From NCBI GenBank assembly GCA_011109175.1, contig RDEW01000001.1, positions 214,594 to 278,593 of the forward strand: DNA of 64,000 nucleotides, given 5' to 3'. The notes under the pieces are model-generated. The model searched no databases. It saw only the letters and a list, made by a program, of their open reading frames with translations, and had not been told where the DNA came from. How positions within the stretch are numbered: the first letter of the stretch is position 1; the number at the start of each line of letters is the position of its first letter. The position numbers and the translations under genes are program-made. Of the stretch, positions 1 to 12,430 are shown in pieces. Origin of the DNA: Dicyema japonicum (Eukaryota > Animalia > Dicyemida).

Positions 1-162
1 ATTTCTCTATTGGGGACATTCAAGATCACATCCATAGAGTCTTCCTCGTTGCTAATCATTGATGGAGATTGGAATGAAATAGTTTAATTTAAAAGCTTTA
101 TCAGCCCATGCGGAAGGAATATAAGAACGTACCCTTATCTGTTTAACCAACTTTTTGAGAGT

Positions 163-609
163 TCAAAAAAGATACTTCACTGAACCTTTTCGGTAAGACA
201 GGTAATAAGTACCATGGGTTGATGATGCAATCAATAGGACAATTGGGACTAACTTCCCTCTAGTAAAGCATGGCTGGAAATTGCAAGAGATTCTCTCTTC
301 CATACGTAAATATTCGAGAAATTCAATCGCCTTGAAAGTACCTTGTCTATCGAAGATATATTGAGATGGAGTTAGTGGATACACTGAGAATTGTGTTCCC
401 TGATGACTTTGATTTAGTATCAAATGACAAGGAAGCACTTATACTACTACAAATATTATGCCAGACTAACTGACAAAAAACTGTGGACCTCCTTGAAGAT
501 ACCGAGACAATGGGGGGAAATTACTATCAATGATAGCAATGAAAAAAAAGGTTTGTGGTGTTTGTGGTGGAAAAAAATAAACGTATCGTGGAAATAAAAG
601 AAATGGACT
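163..609 (-). CDS. Possible spliced gene fragment, unknown product
   Basis: ORF 163-438 can be extended upstream in frame through a candidate GTTAGT...TAAG intron (33 nt, donor at 470) into an open exon at about 471-609. No family motif recognised. Confidence 0.3.
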
Positions 610-1349
610 CTACGAAAATCGTAGAAACGAAGTCATCTGACAAATGTTCATTTTGTTAAGACTCAGAATGTGAAATCCTCTGTTCTGCTTGGGAGATTTC
701 TTCGACCTCGGATGTATCAAACTATCTCAGGTTGCTGTGAGCACATTTGATTTATCCTTCCTGCCTTTGCATAAGATTCCTAGTACCTATAAGAATACTA
801 ACTTGTCTCCCAGTCGTATCGCAACCATGGACCCGAATCAATCTTACATCTCATCTCAGAGCTTGTTTTGATTTCAGAGGCCCTTTCGATATGATCGAGG
901 ATGTACTCGGACAAACTAGACACATAATTTTGTGAGTCTGCTTATTTTTATGCCTTTTACGCTGGGACTTGTTCAAGAATGTCACGGAAAGGTCTCTCAC
1001 AGTTTTATACGGACAAAAACATCAGTTCTTTTATTCAATTCTCTGACTGCCCTACCTCTTAACAAAATACGGGAGAAAGTCAAAATTTATTAATTTGTTA
1101 AATTAATAAAGAGCACTTAATTTAGGGAGCTTTAAAGGCCATGCTATTTCGTCGACGATAGTCATCTAGATACGAAGCCATCCAGTCTCACGTGGATCCT
1201 TGGTGACCCTTTGGATCATTGAGGCTTCAGACTGACTAGATCCTCCAAAGTAAATTAATAAATCATTAAAACCATTTAATTATTAAAAACCGAAAGTTAT
1301 CTAATTAAACGTTTAAATTATTAGATTATTCTTGCACGATATTCCAATT

Positions 1350-1800
1350 GATTTGTACGAAAATTCGATAACCCTTGTGTATGCCGATGACATAATATAT
1401 GCTTGCAAGGATATATGTGTTACGAGAGCTAAGACAAATTGCAAACTACTCTGGACAGACTTCATGAACGGTTGAAAAGAAGTTCAATGTAAAATTCCAC
1501 AGAAAAGTCCTCGACCTCTATTGTTACGTCGTTAGAAGACTATCAAGTTATTCTGCCGAACTATTTTTGAATCGTGAACTAATCCCACACAAGAAACAAG
1601 CAAAGATTCTGGGAGTAACATTTGACACCTAATGACCTTCAACACACATGTGGCAAAGATATGGATTTGCAGCTTGGGGAATAAAACGTGCCAGAACAAA
1701 CATGGATAAGATCAATCCATTATGACCAATCTCTGGAATAACAGGAGTACCAATAAGGGCAACCCTCATTTAAAGTCCTTGTGAGGAAGTCGGGCGACAT
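1350..1800 (+). mobile_element. Degenerate APE-type LINE, RT C-terminal remnant
   Basis: Translates to TLVYADDII and KQAKILGVTFD..MTFNTHV with stops and frameshifts. Same family as 8979-10980. Confidence 0.7.
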
Positions 1801-1939
1801 ATTCACCCAAAATGAAAAACCGCCATAAGAACGGTACTATCGAAAACTTAAATTCGCTTAGTTTGCTAGTTTCTAACGGCGCACTAGTGAAACTATAACT
1901 ATTATGGTTTTACCTATGTCCTTTTAATAATATAGGATA

Positions 1940-2239
1940 ATTGGTAGAGATGGGAAATTTACAGCTATTTTTCCGATGCGTCCGTTTCAAGTAGACAAAC
2001 ATACCCCAAAATTTGCCTCATGAATTTTTTACATCCAGTACACCCCCGTGTATTTATATCAGCCAGAGGTGATACAAAACCGATGCTTGAGAATATCATT
2101 GATATTCTCGAAACAGACTTTCACAACGCTGCTTGGAAAATATTAAACGTTGCTGCAATTCAGGATAACCTCACGGTACGTCAGCAAAATTTCAACATAA
2201 TGGCAAAATCTTTTAAACATCCACTCGCTAAGACCAGAA
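1940..2239 (+). mobile_element. Left part of a degenerate CRE-like (RLE) non-LTR element
   Basis: ILETDFHNA resembles the KLDFxNAF RT motif. It shares the 34-bp direct repeat with 5918-6930, so the two pieces join once the intervening element is removed. Confidence 0.45.
2206..2239. repeat. 34-bp perfect direct repeat (second copy 5918-5951), probable target-site duplication
   Basis: AAATCTTTTAAACATCCACTCGCTAAGACCAGAA occurs at both ends of the 2240-5917 element. Confidence 0.9.
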
Positions 2240-5200
2240 GTCAGCTTACATGAGTAAGTATTACCTAGACACAAGAAAAAACCTTGCAGTTTGAACCGAT
2301 TAATCCGGGATTCCAAGACCAACCAGAAAAATGAGAACTTGAATCACTTAATTTAGAGATGACTCTTATCTTCTTTCTTGTGATTTCTGGTTAATAAATT
2401 AAATCAGCTTCAATGCCGAAAAAAAATAATTTTAACGAAACAACGAGTCACAAGTAATTAATTAATTAGCTAATCTCCTCTTCTTGGGGCCAACGTCAAT
2501 TGTCAGTATAGGTGTGTTTTCGTTGTCGCACAACCCACATTCCGAGACTCCCCTAGGTCGACATTCCTTATCAGCTTCCTCCTCATCAGGTATCGATACT
2601 CCATGTCTATCTTCAGCTTGCATGCTCTCCAACGTCTTTCTCAATACTAACGTTTGGATGTACGCTTTCACCCTTTCCTCCAGTTTGAGGGCATCCAGAT
2701 GGCCCTTGAAGAATCTCGAAACAATCCCATCCCAGGTAATGACTACAGGGATTATTTTTACCTTTGCGCGATGAATACATCCGAGTTCGTTCGCCAGTAA
2801 GTCATACTTATGGAACTTTTCCACCTCGACTTGCTTGAGGCAGTTTTGGGACGTGATCCCAATTTCAACGAGAGTAATCGTATTACGCACCTTATCATGA
2901 ACGAAAATATCGGGTTTGTTATTCTGTACAGCCGTATCTGTACTAATCGTTGTGTCTACACGAATCTCCACAAATTCATTTGAGACAACAGATTGGACTG
3001 AGTGGGTCTTCAGTTTCTTAGTTTTTCTTATTCCATATTGACGGCAGAGGTGTAAGTGAATACATCTGACCACCTCGTTATGCCGCCTGAGATACGAGCT
3101 ATTCAGCATTCTCCCACATCTAGTTGCAAGGTGATCAACGGTCTTCTTTCCTGAGTTACAATGTTTGCACTTGGCTTCTCCATTATCAAAAAACATGTTA
3201 CGATCCTGAAGCAGACACAGCCTTCCTTCGGTTACAGGAGAATGATTTCCATGAACTAACCACCCTGAGGATTCAGCAATATTCACTTCGGTATCTTTCA
3301 GACACTCAAATAGAATAGAGTGCAGCGGTTTCTCTTCAATTTTTCCCAGTAGATATTCATGTTGTATTTCCATCAATTTCAACATTGTCAAATCCTTCAC
3401 ATTTTCAATGTTGTACTTTCTTGAATGAATTTTACGATAGTGGCCATGTGTATTTTCTTTGAATTAATGACCCGTAGAATTCCCGCTCTTCTTAGGCAGT
3501 AATTTGCCTTATGTTCCAAATCACTATAAAATTGGAGGAGCATTCTTTCTGCTTTGTTACTGACTGACTCGAGGCCTCTTCCAAATTTATTTCTTGGTAG
3601 ATAAAGTCTTTCTTTGTTTGCCGGTTGCAAGTGGATATGACTGTCCATAAGAATTCTGCGAATATTTTTATCAATCTGTTCAAACTCTCCAGGTTCGATA
3701 TCAATCAATCCAATGTAATAGTTGTAAAGGGAGATTGCATACTCATTCATAGCTTTAAACAGGTTCACTGAGTTTAAATCCGTCTTCGTCAAATTTTTGA
3801 TCCGCTTAGATACTTCTCCATAGATTTTATTTAAGAACATTGCTGTTCTTATCTTCAAGAACTCCCAAATATCGGTATCCATCCAATCCATCAAGGAAAC
3901 GAGCTTTCCCAGACAAGGACTTGACATTTGTTGCAGATTTGTCAAAGTTCCTCTCCAACCCGGCTGCATCAAAAAACGAATCAACTTCTTCCATCATCAT
4001 AACCATTGAATCACTTTTGTGAGAAAACAACTTTATATCGTCCATAAACAGAAGGTGATTAGTGGCATATGTTGGCTCTCCATTTCCCGGGCTTCCCATA
4101 GTTACTTTAGGAAATTTTCCATTCAATATTCGGCTAAGGGGGTCCATTAACAAAGCAAAGATCTGTGGCGAAAGAGAGTCCCCCTGTAGAATTCCTCTTC
4201 TTATTCTAATCTCCCCCAACACTTTTCCTTCCAAATTCAGTCGTATCTTCCATTTCCCAACAAGTTTCGTGATAAAACTCACAATCCAGAAAGGCAGGCC
4301 AGAATTCTGGAGCACTTCGCCCAAAAACTCGTGGTAAACGGAATCAAATGCTTTTTTAACATCGATCCATGTAGAACATAAGTTACTTCCATTTCTCTGA
4401 TTTAAACATTGGTTCACCAAAGCTTGTTCTTTGGCTCCTTGACACATCCTCCGAGTTCCCAATTGATTATCACTTAAGAGATCGTACGATTCAATATATT
4501 CAGATAATTTCTTGTTCACACACTTTGTCAACAGTTTATAGAGATTAGGCATACAAGTAATTGGTCTTAACTCCTTGGGTGAATTACATACGTCCACTTT
4601 TGGTATAAGATGTGTTATCCCCGTGTAGAACCAATCACCAGGCGTATATTCATCATTTATGATCTTCTGAATCTCCTCGCAAAGATGTTCATGAATCGAA
4701 GTAAAACTTTTGATAAAGAAGTTATAAACTCCGTCGCACCCAGACGCTTTCCAATTAGGGAGCATCTTGATAGTATCGACGATCGCTTCCTTTGTAAAAT
4801 CGGCATAAGAATTTTCAGATCCAGTCACTCTCTTGTTCAACAAGAATTTGCTCTCCTTTCGATCACTCTCATTCCAAATGGTTGTCCAAAAAGGTAGACA
4901 TTCCCCTTCATCGAAATTCAGCACTCCCTTCTTATTATCTCCACTAATATTTCTGTAGAACCGCCTTCTATTCAACTCGAAGCACCAATTGGCTCTTCTA
5001 AATCCCTTTCTTGATTCATAAATTCTCAATTTCTTCTCAATTATCTTGATTTAATCACGGACATAGGAAGCAATTCTCTCAAATTCTCCCCTCTTCGATT
5101 TCTTAAATCCATATGAACATAGAGTATTGCGCACTTCTTCATCAAATTGCTTCTTCCCGTTCATTTCACTAGCCATTTGAATTTGCTCAAGTTGTTTCCT

Positions 5201-5917
5201 AAGTTTAGTGATTTTTCCTTTCATGGACTCTTCCCAATTACTTTTAGTGCTATTCCTCCTGGTAAGACTTTCATAGGTGCACTGCCCAGCATATATGATA
5301 TCTGTGATATCATTGATATCCAAATTAGGCAAGGAATCTATATATTCCTTGATTGCCGCATTAATTCCATTCAAAATATCCTTTTTTATCAATTGTCTGG
5401 GAATCTTCCTAGTAGGCATGCGAAGGTTCCTTCCCGTTGTGAATACTTTCCCAATTTGGCAACAAAACTCTTCAAAGCATTTTCTAAAATTCGAAATTTC
5501 TACCTTCTGTATTTCCCCAACTGGAAGACCACAGAGTGATTCACTCGAATTTGAAAAGAGCAAGCTCTTGAAATTGGTAACGGATTTCGATGTCCCGAAT
5601 CTTTGGTTAAAAGCATTCGTAATCAGAGGCCAACCACCACGGGGCATTCTCTTAAATCTGGATTTTGTAGCTTCAACTACTTCCACAGCCCATTGTCTCT
5701 TGTCCACAGTGTGAACTTTGTCGACTACGCATTGCAGTGAGAGAAGATGTTCTTTAAGATCAGTATTGACAACTTTTTGGGTCTTGGACAAGTCTTCGAC
5801 CACATTCTCTACGTTTCTTTTGTTTTTTCTTTTAGTAACTTTCGTAGATAGGTCGATTGAAACATCTTTTCTTCTTTTCTTACAAGAAACAGCCATGCCC
5901 ACAACAACAAAAAATTC
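2240..5917 (-). mobile_element. Near full-length RLE-type (R4/NeSL-like) non-LTR retrotransposon
   Basis: Four ORF pieces form one polyprotein: Myb-like N-terminus, RT (WIDVKKAFDSV, GILQGDSLSP, LFMDD, YLG), CCHC knuckle (CKHC...HLATRC) and restriction-like endonuclease (KPDI...VEIG...KY). It is broken by one in-frame TAA (5051-5053) and two 1-nt shifts in A-runs. Confidence 0.92.
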
Positions 5918-6930
5918 AAATCTTTTAAACATCCACTCGCTAAGACCAGAATTTGTGAACTAAAATTATTACATTATCGTTTTCGATAAGAAGAGAGGCT
6001 GAGTGCGTTCGATTGCGGTCTTGTTCGTCTTTAGGATGCTGACTCCAAGATTAACTAAAAAGCGTATTTTCAATGTCCACTTTGATGAAGCTTATGGAAA
6101 CGGGCTTTACTACTGTAAAATTTGATGGTCTTGGAATTCATAGCTTTGCAGATGATCCTCCCCAATGGGTTCCAATACATCGGTCAAGAGACTTTTACAC
6201 TCCCTTTCGAATTATCGATCTATTTGGATGTTGGCCACGTACGGGAAATTTTGAACCATCTTCATTCGTTCCTTCATCCCAATACTCTCAGCGTAGTCTG
6301 TATATGTTGTTTGCCGAATGTTATTCGAAAATCTTTTAAACTTATCGAATCAGCACCGCCGTTGTCTGGAGTTCATTCGGAGAATGGGATCTGGAACGTT
6401 TCTTGGGGATGATTCAATTAGAATTGGAGTCTCTTTACGCCTTAGATTCAAAACTTGTCCGACATTCGCGTCGAAGATCTCCCAAACACAAGGCCCTAAA
6501 ATAAGTTGTCAGACAGACTATGGATGCAGCTTGTTATCTGTCTCTGCTTGAACCTGTTTATGCAGGAATTATGGAGAACGACTAGATGAGATGTCCATTT
6601 TTCCGTCTGAAAACGAGAATCCTCGCGTCTGGGACGTCACGTGCATCTTTGTCACTAACGGCATACACAAGAGAGAATTCAAATCCTGTATGGCACCTAT
6701 GAAAGCCGAAATCTTGATTAAGAAGAAATATGCTGACTTATCCAATGGAATTGTATTTACTTCTGAGACTACCGGTGTCATGGTACCTTCAACAATGGAA
6801 TTTCTGAATCGACTTGGAGGGCCAGATTTCCTTGCGAACTTCGCGAACACATCAGGCTTTTCGAGCGAGCTTCAATCCATATTTTGAGAAAGAATAGCCT
6901 TACGGTTCGGGTAATATGAGGAATGAGCAA
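5918..6930 (+). mobile_element. Right part of a degenerate CRE-like non-LTR element
   Basis: VKFDGLGI, GTFLGDDSIRIGVSLRL and VWDVTC...KKKYADL...ETTG match CRE-clade thumb, zinc-knuckle and RLE regions. Many frameshifts. Confidence 0.65.
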
Positions 6931-7539
6931 ATTATTAAAAGAACAGATTGGAAGACGTCGAACTTGCCTTTTCTCAGCGTTAATAAACTGATCTTCTTGT
7001 ATAACTTGTAGACCTGTTAGATTTTAAGTATAGACTCGACTAATTTCATAAAAGACACTTAAGGTAACTTTCTCAGACTCCGTCGACTGTCGAAACTACC
7101 GAGACTACTACAGTTGTTGTGATACTTTATCAGATCTCTTTAATAGCAAATTTAAAAATCGTTCCTGCCACAGGATTCGAAGGCGATTACTGAAAAAGCA
7201 TCCCGCGCCCCCTCAGAAGAAAATAAATAACGATCCGTCAATAAATTTTTAGAGCTCTCCTTTTCCTCACACACGCTCACAAATACTTTTCACGCAAATG
7301 TAAGCCCAACAAGAGAGCCAAACCTGTCAGATTACCAAAGCAGATGACATGAGTTAAACTCCACTAGCCCCATTAATCGGAACTGATTTTTTCCTCTGAA
7401 CAATTAGTCTGCCAAATGTCTGTCCTTAAATGGAACTTAATGCAAGGCACGAAAAAAATCGAAAATTTTAATAGTCAATTTTGACATTTTTATGAAATTT
7501 AGATGTCACTTGAACAGAGTGGAAACTAAAACTGAATTT

Positions 7540-8050
7540 TGTCCATGAACTTCTTGGAAACTAAAATTCATTCATACCCAGCCATAGCCGATCATATGGT
7601 TGTATGTATTGGGTATGGAGTGAACTTATCGTTGAGTGGAAACACCATTTGTAGTATCCAAGAAGTTTTTTTTGCAGTTAAGTTTTTCTTGGGAGGAGGA
7701 TATGCAGTATGTTTACTGAATGTCATGAGGGGGTCGTACGTGTAACTTGGTATAGTTTTGGAGTGGATTAAATCTCAATTAAAAGTTGAGAGATGCAGAG
7801 TTTGTTAGTCCTTTATTTTCAGTAAAAATTAGTCTGCAAGACTTTTCATGGCTTGTGTACAATAGGTGCTCAGGTTGTCCATTGAACCTTTTAAGCGGGA
7901 ACGCCCAGTATGAACACATTGGTCTCTTGCTGCGACTATTATAACGTCAGCATAAGCGAGAACCAGAGATTGTGGCTGGCATATTGATGCTGAGGTTTGC
8001 ACTGTAGGCAGTTAATCCAACTACAATATCCATTTTATCTACATGTTTTA
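7540..8050 (-). mobile_element. APE-type LINE RT fragment
   Basis: The reverse strand gives VLAYADV, and the nucleotides resemble 10330-10800. Confidence 0.6.
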
Positions 8051-8199
8051 TTTTTCAAATTCTTTTTCACTATTTTCTGAATCTTCTAGGAATTTCTATT
8101 TTCAATAAATGTTTCATTTTCGTGTATTTTTTTAAAAATCCTCAACTTCGAAAAAATCAAAAATGTCAGTTCTTCTTATTGTTGTATCATTAATATAAA

Positions 8200-8600
8200 T
8201 TTCAAGAATTTCGTTATTGGAGTTATTTAAAACTCAAAAAATCCTAATAGTCTCTTCAGATATGTCTTCCCAAGCCATTTTTGTAAAAAAGACCGTATCC
8301 TTTAAATTCAATTTTCTGTAGGAAGTGAACCGAAATATTTTAGTTTCCATTAATTTCGTCAAAAGATTGCGTATGGTAAATTTACTCTTAAAGATTTTAT
8401 GATGCCAATTATTTTTATTTTATGTATCCTGAAAACATCAGTAGAACTTCTACTTAGTCAGATGATGAAGAACAGATAGGCGGCCGTCCAGGAAGGACAA
8501 TCTTCTTTGATTGGGGAGTATCTGGTCCTTTTTATTTGTGAAATTAATTCACAATTAACGCCACTAAAAAACCACATGGCGCGCGCATATTTTTTATTTA
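8200..8600 (-). mobile_element. pogo/Tigger-like transposase remnant
   Basis: INLKDTVFFTKMAWEDISEETIR and GIIKSL resemble the DDE_1 C-terminus. Confidence 0.45.
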
Positions 8601-8978
8601 TTTAACCCAAGACCACGGTAAAACAGAACTAATTATCACGTGATCCCGATTAGAATGCATCGCCCGTGGGCGAGAATGTCACCAGGAGGATGGGGTCTAT
8701 CGGTCCTTTTTCGGTGGGCACTAGGTAGCCCCATGAGCGTTTCCAAATCCTTTTGAATTGGTAGACCACATAACGCCACGCGAAATTAATACTATTTATT
8801 TATTTAATAAAATTAATATCCGCATATTGATTTTATTAATATTATTATATATTGATTTTATTAATATTTTTGACAAAGTTAATAATTATTTTAGCAAACT
8901 TGTTAATCTTTCTAACAAAGTTATTAAATAAATCTGAAAACCTGAGGATAAGATTTAACGTCATGTGGTTCGCCGTTT

Positions 8979-10980
8979 TTGGTGACGAAAACTGTGGAAT
9001 ATACTTCACAGACAAAAGAACCATCCTCTACGTCTAATCCAAGAGGAATGTCCTTTTTGGACGGTCTCCCCACTGACCTCTCTCTTGCCTTGATGGAAGC
9101 CCACCTAATGCTTTCCGGCGATGTGAACCCCAATCCTGGACTTCAAAAACCCATTATTTTGATTCAACTAAACATAAATGGAGTGAAAGAGAAGATCCTC
9201 GAACTCAGAAACCTTTTAAAAAGGTATAATACTGACATTTGCCTACTCCTAGAAACAAGACTGACTCCTATACTATTTTAATAGAGTGGTACGCGAGGGA
9301 ATGAAAATTTGTATTAAAAGAAGGCCACTGACCTCAAGAAAGACGTCTTCCCCCAGAGCTGATCCACTCATAAAAGAAAGAAATTATTTAAAAAGCCTCC
9401 AAAAACAATCCTGTGAACAAGATTGAGAATTCGTACATTAGAAAGAGAGATCAAGGACAATAGAAGAAACAAGAGAAAGTTTGGAAAAACCTCATATCAA
9501 AATTAAACAAGCAGAACTCTTTTACAAAAATGTGGAAAACACATAGAAACTTTAGTAACGCTGACAACCCGGCCACATGTGATGATATGGAAAACAAGAT
9601 TTTCCTAAACAAACTTATAAAGTACTACTCCAACACGAGTTTCATCCCACACAAGAAATTCGAAGGTCCATACATCCTAGCCCTCAAACCTAGAAGAGCC
9701 ACCTCCCCGATTATCCTCTCTGTGGAGAACGTACAGAATATGGTCAAAAGTCCACTTATTCTTGTGATCCGGACGGAATCCCTGCAATAGTTCTGAAAAA
9801 CATAGGCCCCTATGCTATCATGGCCCTCACAAAAAATTTCAACTTTTCAATCAACGAAAATTGTATTCCTTCCATATAAAAGCTATCAAACATACGACCA
9901 ATTTTGAAACTCGGACATAAGACCAATTCTAAAACCTTCCGGATGTACCTTCTCAACACGGATTCAGAAAAGGACACTCCACAGAAACGCATCTTACATG
10001 CCTTACAAATTTCATCAAGGATAGCCTAAAACGCAAAGCTCAACAGAACTCTTTGTTATGCTCCATCGATATAGAAAAGGCTTTTGATACTGTCCCAAGA
10101 AAGCTTTTGACAAGGAAGATCTTTACGTCAAAAATTCCAAACAACCTGAAAATCTGGATCGCAAATTTCCTAAATGGAAGAAGAGGAAGAGTAACTGCTG
10201 GAAAAACTAGATCAGTTACCAAGTTCCTTCCAAATGGGGTTCCTCAAAGATCTCCACTTTCACCACACCTATTCAACCTATTCTTGAATGATATGCCCTC
10301 CCATACTAGTGACGATACTCTGGTTTTGACATATGCGGATGATTTTTGTCGCAGTCAAAGACCAGTGCGTTAATACTGCTGTTTACCTGATACAAGCTTC
10401 ATTGGACGATCTGAACTGTTGGCTCGTTAAGAACATTTTACATACAAGTCCCGAAAAGTCTTATACAACAATTTTCACAACAAACAGAAGATTGACAAAC
10501 TCCGCTCTATGTGTAACCATAAATAAAAACTCAATCCCCACGGCCAACTCGGTCAAGATACTGGCGTAACATACGACCCACTCTTGACCTTCAACAAACA
10601 CATCGACAACGTCATCTCTTCGGCACAACGAAAGCTAAATTTTGTTAAAACACTCCTTGGACCATATAAGGGTGTTTCAACTCAAATTTGGACTCTACGT
10701 GCAGTATATTCAACCGTCTCTAACTTACGGGTTTGCTGTATGGGGAACCAACCTATCAAACAGGAATATAGAAAAGATCAATACCTTCCAAAAAATGGCC
10801 AGTAAGGCTTTGCAAAGGTTCTAAACCCTACATCTTTTAAAGAATTATTGAAGAAACTCGGAGCCTTACTACCCTCCAAAAAAGTTAGAAACCCCCGCCC
10901 AATCCGGAAATGCGTTGGAACCCGGGAAGAACACCGAGCAAGAAAAAGATGGCTACTCGAGACGGCTGGAATCACCCGAC
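8979..10980 (+). mobile_element. Degenerate APE-type LINE with an N-terminal 2A-like motif
   Basis: LMLSGDVNPNPG precedes the APE start (QLNING...LLLET). RT motifs follow: IDIEKAFDTV, GVPQRSPLSP, TYADD. Internally deleted and frameshifted. Confidence 0.85.
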
Positions 10981-11162
10981 GGCTATGTAATTATTTTATT
11001 TGTCGGTGATTTTTGGTTATTAATAATAATAATATCCCTGGCAGTAGTCAGAGGTAACAGCCACTCGATCATATCCGCTGGACTTTAGAACGATTTTATT
11101 GTTATAAATAAACTATTTATATTTAAAAAAAAAATAATAATAATAATTAAAAAATATTAATT

Positions 11163-12165
11163 ATTGTCGTATGTGATAGCGTCCGGGCTGTTGATACTGT
11201 CCGGGTTGATAAGACAAATTTATCACTTGAAAACATTAACAACCACAAAGTTTTGCTTCGAAAGATCTGTCCCTTGTTCCCTCAAAAAACAAAAAAATTT
11301 ATTTTGAGTCAATAAAGCGATTAAGCAAGAAAAGGGTCGAAAATAGAAGAGGTCGAAGGATCGGTCCCTTGTTCACTCAAAAAACAAAAAAATTTATTTT
11401 GAGTCAATAAAGCGATTAAGCAAGAAAAGGGTCGAAAATAGAAGAGGTCGAAGGATCGGTCCCTTGTTCACTCAAAAAACAAAAAATTTTATTTTGAGTC
11501 AATAAAGCGATTAGCGTGAAAATAGTTTTTTGAATGTTATATAATATTTTTTAATATTTTTAATTTCTTTTTAAAAATTTAAAAATTTTATTTTGAGTCA
11601 ATAAAGCGATTAAGCAAGAAAAGGGTTATATCTTATCGAAAACCTTTGAATCATCGATATTTGAGTTATTTGTAATTTTTATCACATATTTTAATCCTTT
11701 CTTTTATATTTTAAATTTTATTCTTAATTTGAATTACTTAATTCAACCTTATCAGTTTAATGTTATAAGATATAAATATCTCAATAATATGGCATTACCT
11801 AAATATTTTCGGATTTGCTATATCTCGGTTTTTTCCTTATATCTCGTTTTTTTCCATCTTGGCTTTCCTCTTTAGTTAATGGCTCTTATTTTGTTTAGTT
11901 AGTTGGGGTTTTGCGAATAAATTATGTTATCTATCTATCGGATTTGCTATATCTCGGTTTTTGCCTTATATCTCTGTTTTTTCCTTGGGGATTTAACATC
12001 TCTACTTTACTCCGGGATTTTACTTTTCTATTTTCCTTGGGGAACTTATCTCTATTTTGTTTCTCTTGAGACAAAGTTTATTGGTTGTTAATGTTTTCAA
12101 GTGATAAATTTGTCTCTTCAACCCGGACAGTATCAACGCCCCGGGTTCTTATGACATACGACAAT
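11163..12165. mobile_element. Non-autonomous DNA transposon with long TIRs (foldback/MULE/hAT-like)
   Basis: Imperfect ~83-bp inverted repeats start ATTGTCGTATGT (11163-11245 and 12082-12165). Perfect 8-bp flanking duplication TATTAATT at 11155-11162 and 12166-12173. No ORF. Confidence 0.85.
11270..11512. repeat. 95-bp tandem repeat, about 2.5 copies, plus a partial copy at 11583-11626
   Basis: Units starting TCCCTTGTTC at 11270, 11365 and 11460. Confidence 0.9.
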
Positions 12166-12430
12166 TATTAATTGTCATAGAAACATGAAACAATTTTATG
12201 TTGCATAGTAAATAAAAGTTCAAGATTCTTCATGCTTTGTGGTACTGATATTTTATCATTTTTATTGAATTTCCCATATTTTTGTAGAACCAATCGACTT
12301 TAGGCAAACCTCCTCTCACCCAACGGGATACATCCAGTTGATTTGCGCCTTGTTTCAATGCATGGATCAAATCACATCTTCAAGAAATACCACGTTTTTT
12401 AACACTGTGATCCCCTCCGCGACAAATGTA

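Noticed and set aside
784-811. 16-nt introns (GTTAGTATTCTTATAG here, and GTTGGAATAATTTTAG at 17799)
   Set aside because: Both sit inside alternative 22-23 nt GT-AG introns that match the dominant size class.
2206-2239. Spliced-leader RNA gene as the retroelement target
   Set aside because: No donor GT plus Sm-site layout and no tandem array. The flanks translate as CRE-like remnants.
2484-5963. Plus-strand ORFs overlapping the retroelement, and similar antisense ORFs across 53000-64000
   Set aside because: Shadow ORFs on the opposite strand of real coding sequence, with no motifs.
8640-8740. HDV-like or hammerhead ribozyme at the LINE 5' end
   Set aside because: Hairpins exist, but I could not build P1/P2/P3 or a CUGAUGA/GAAA core on either strand.
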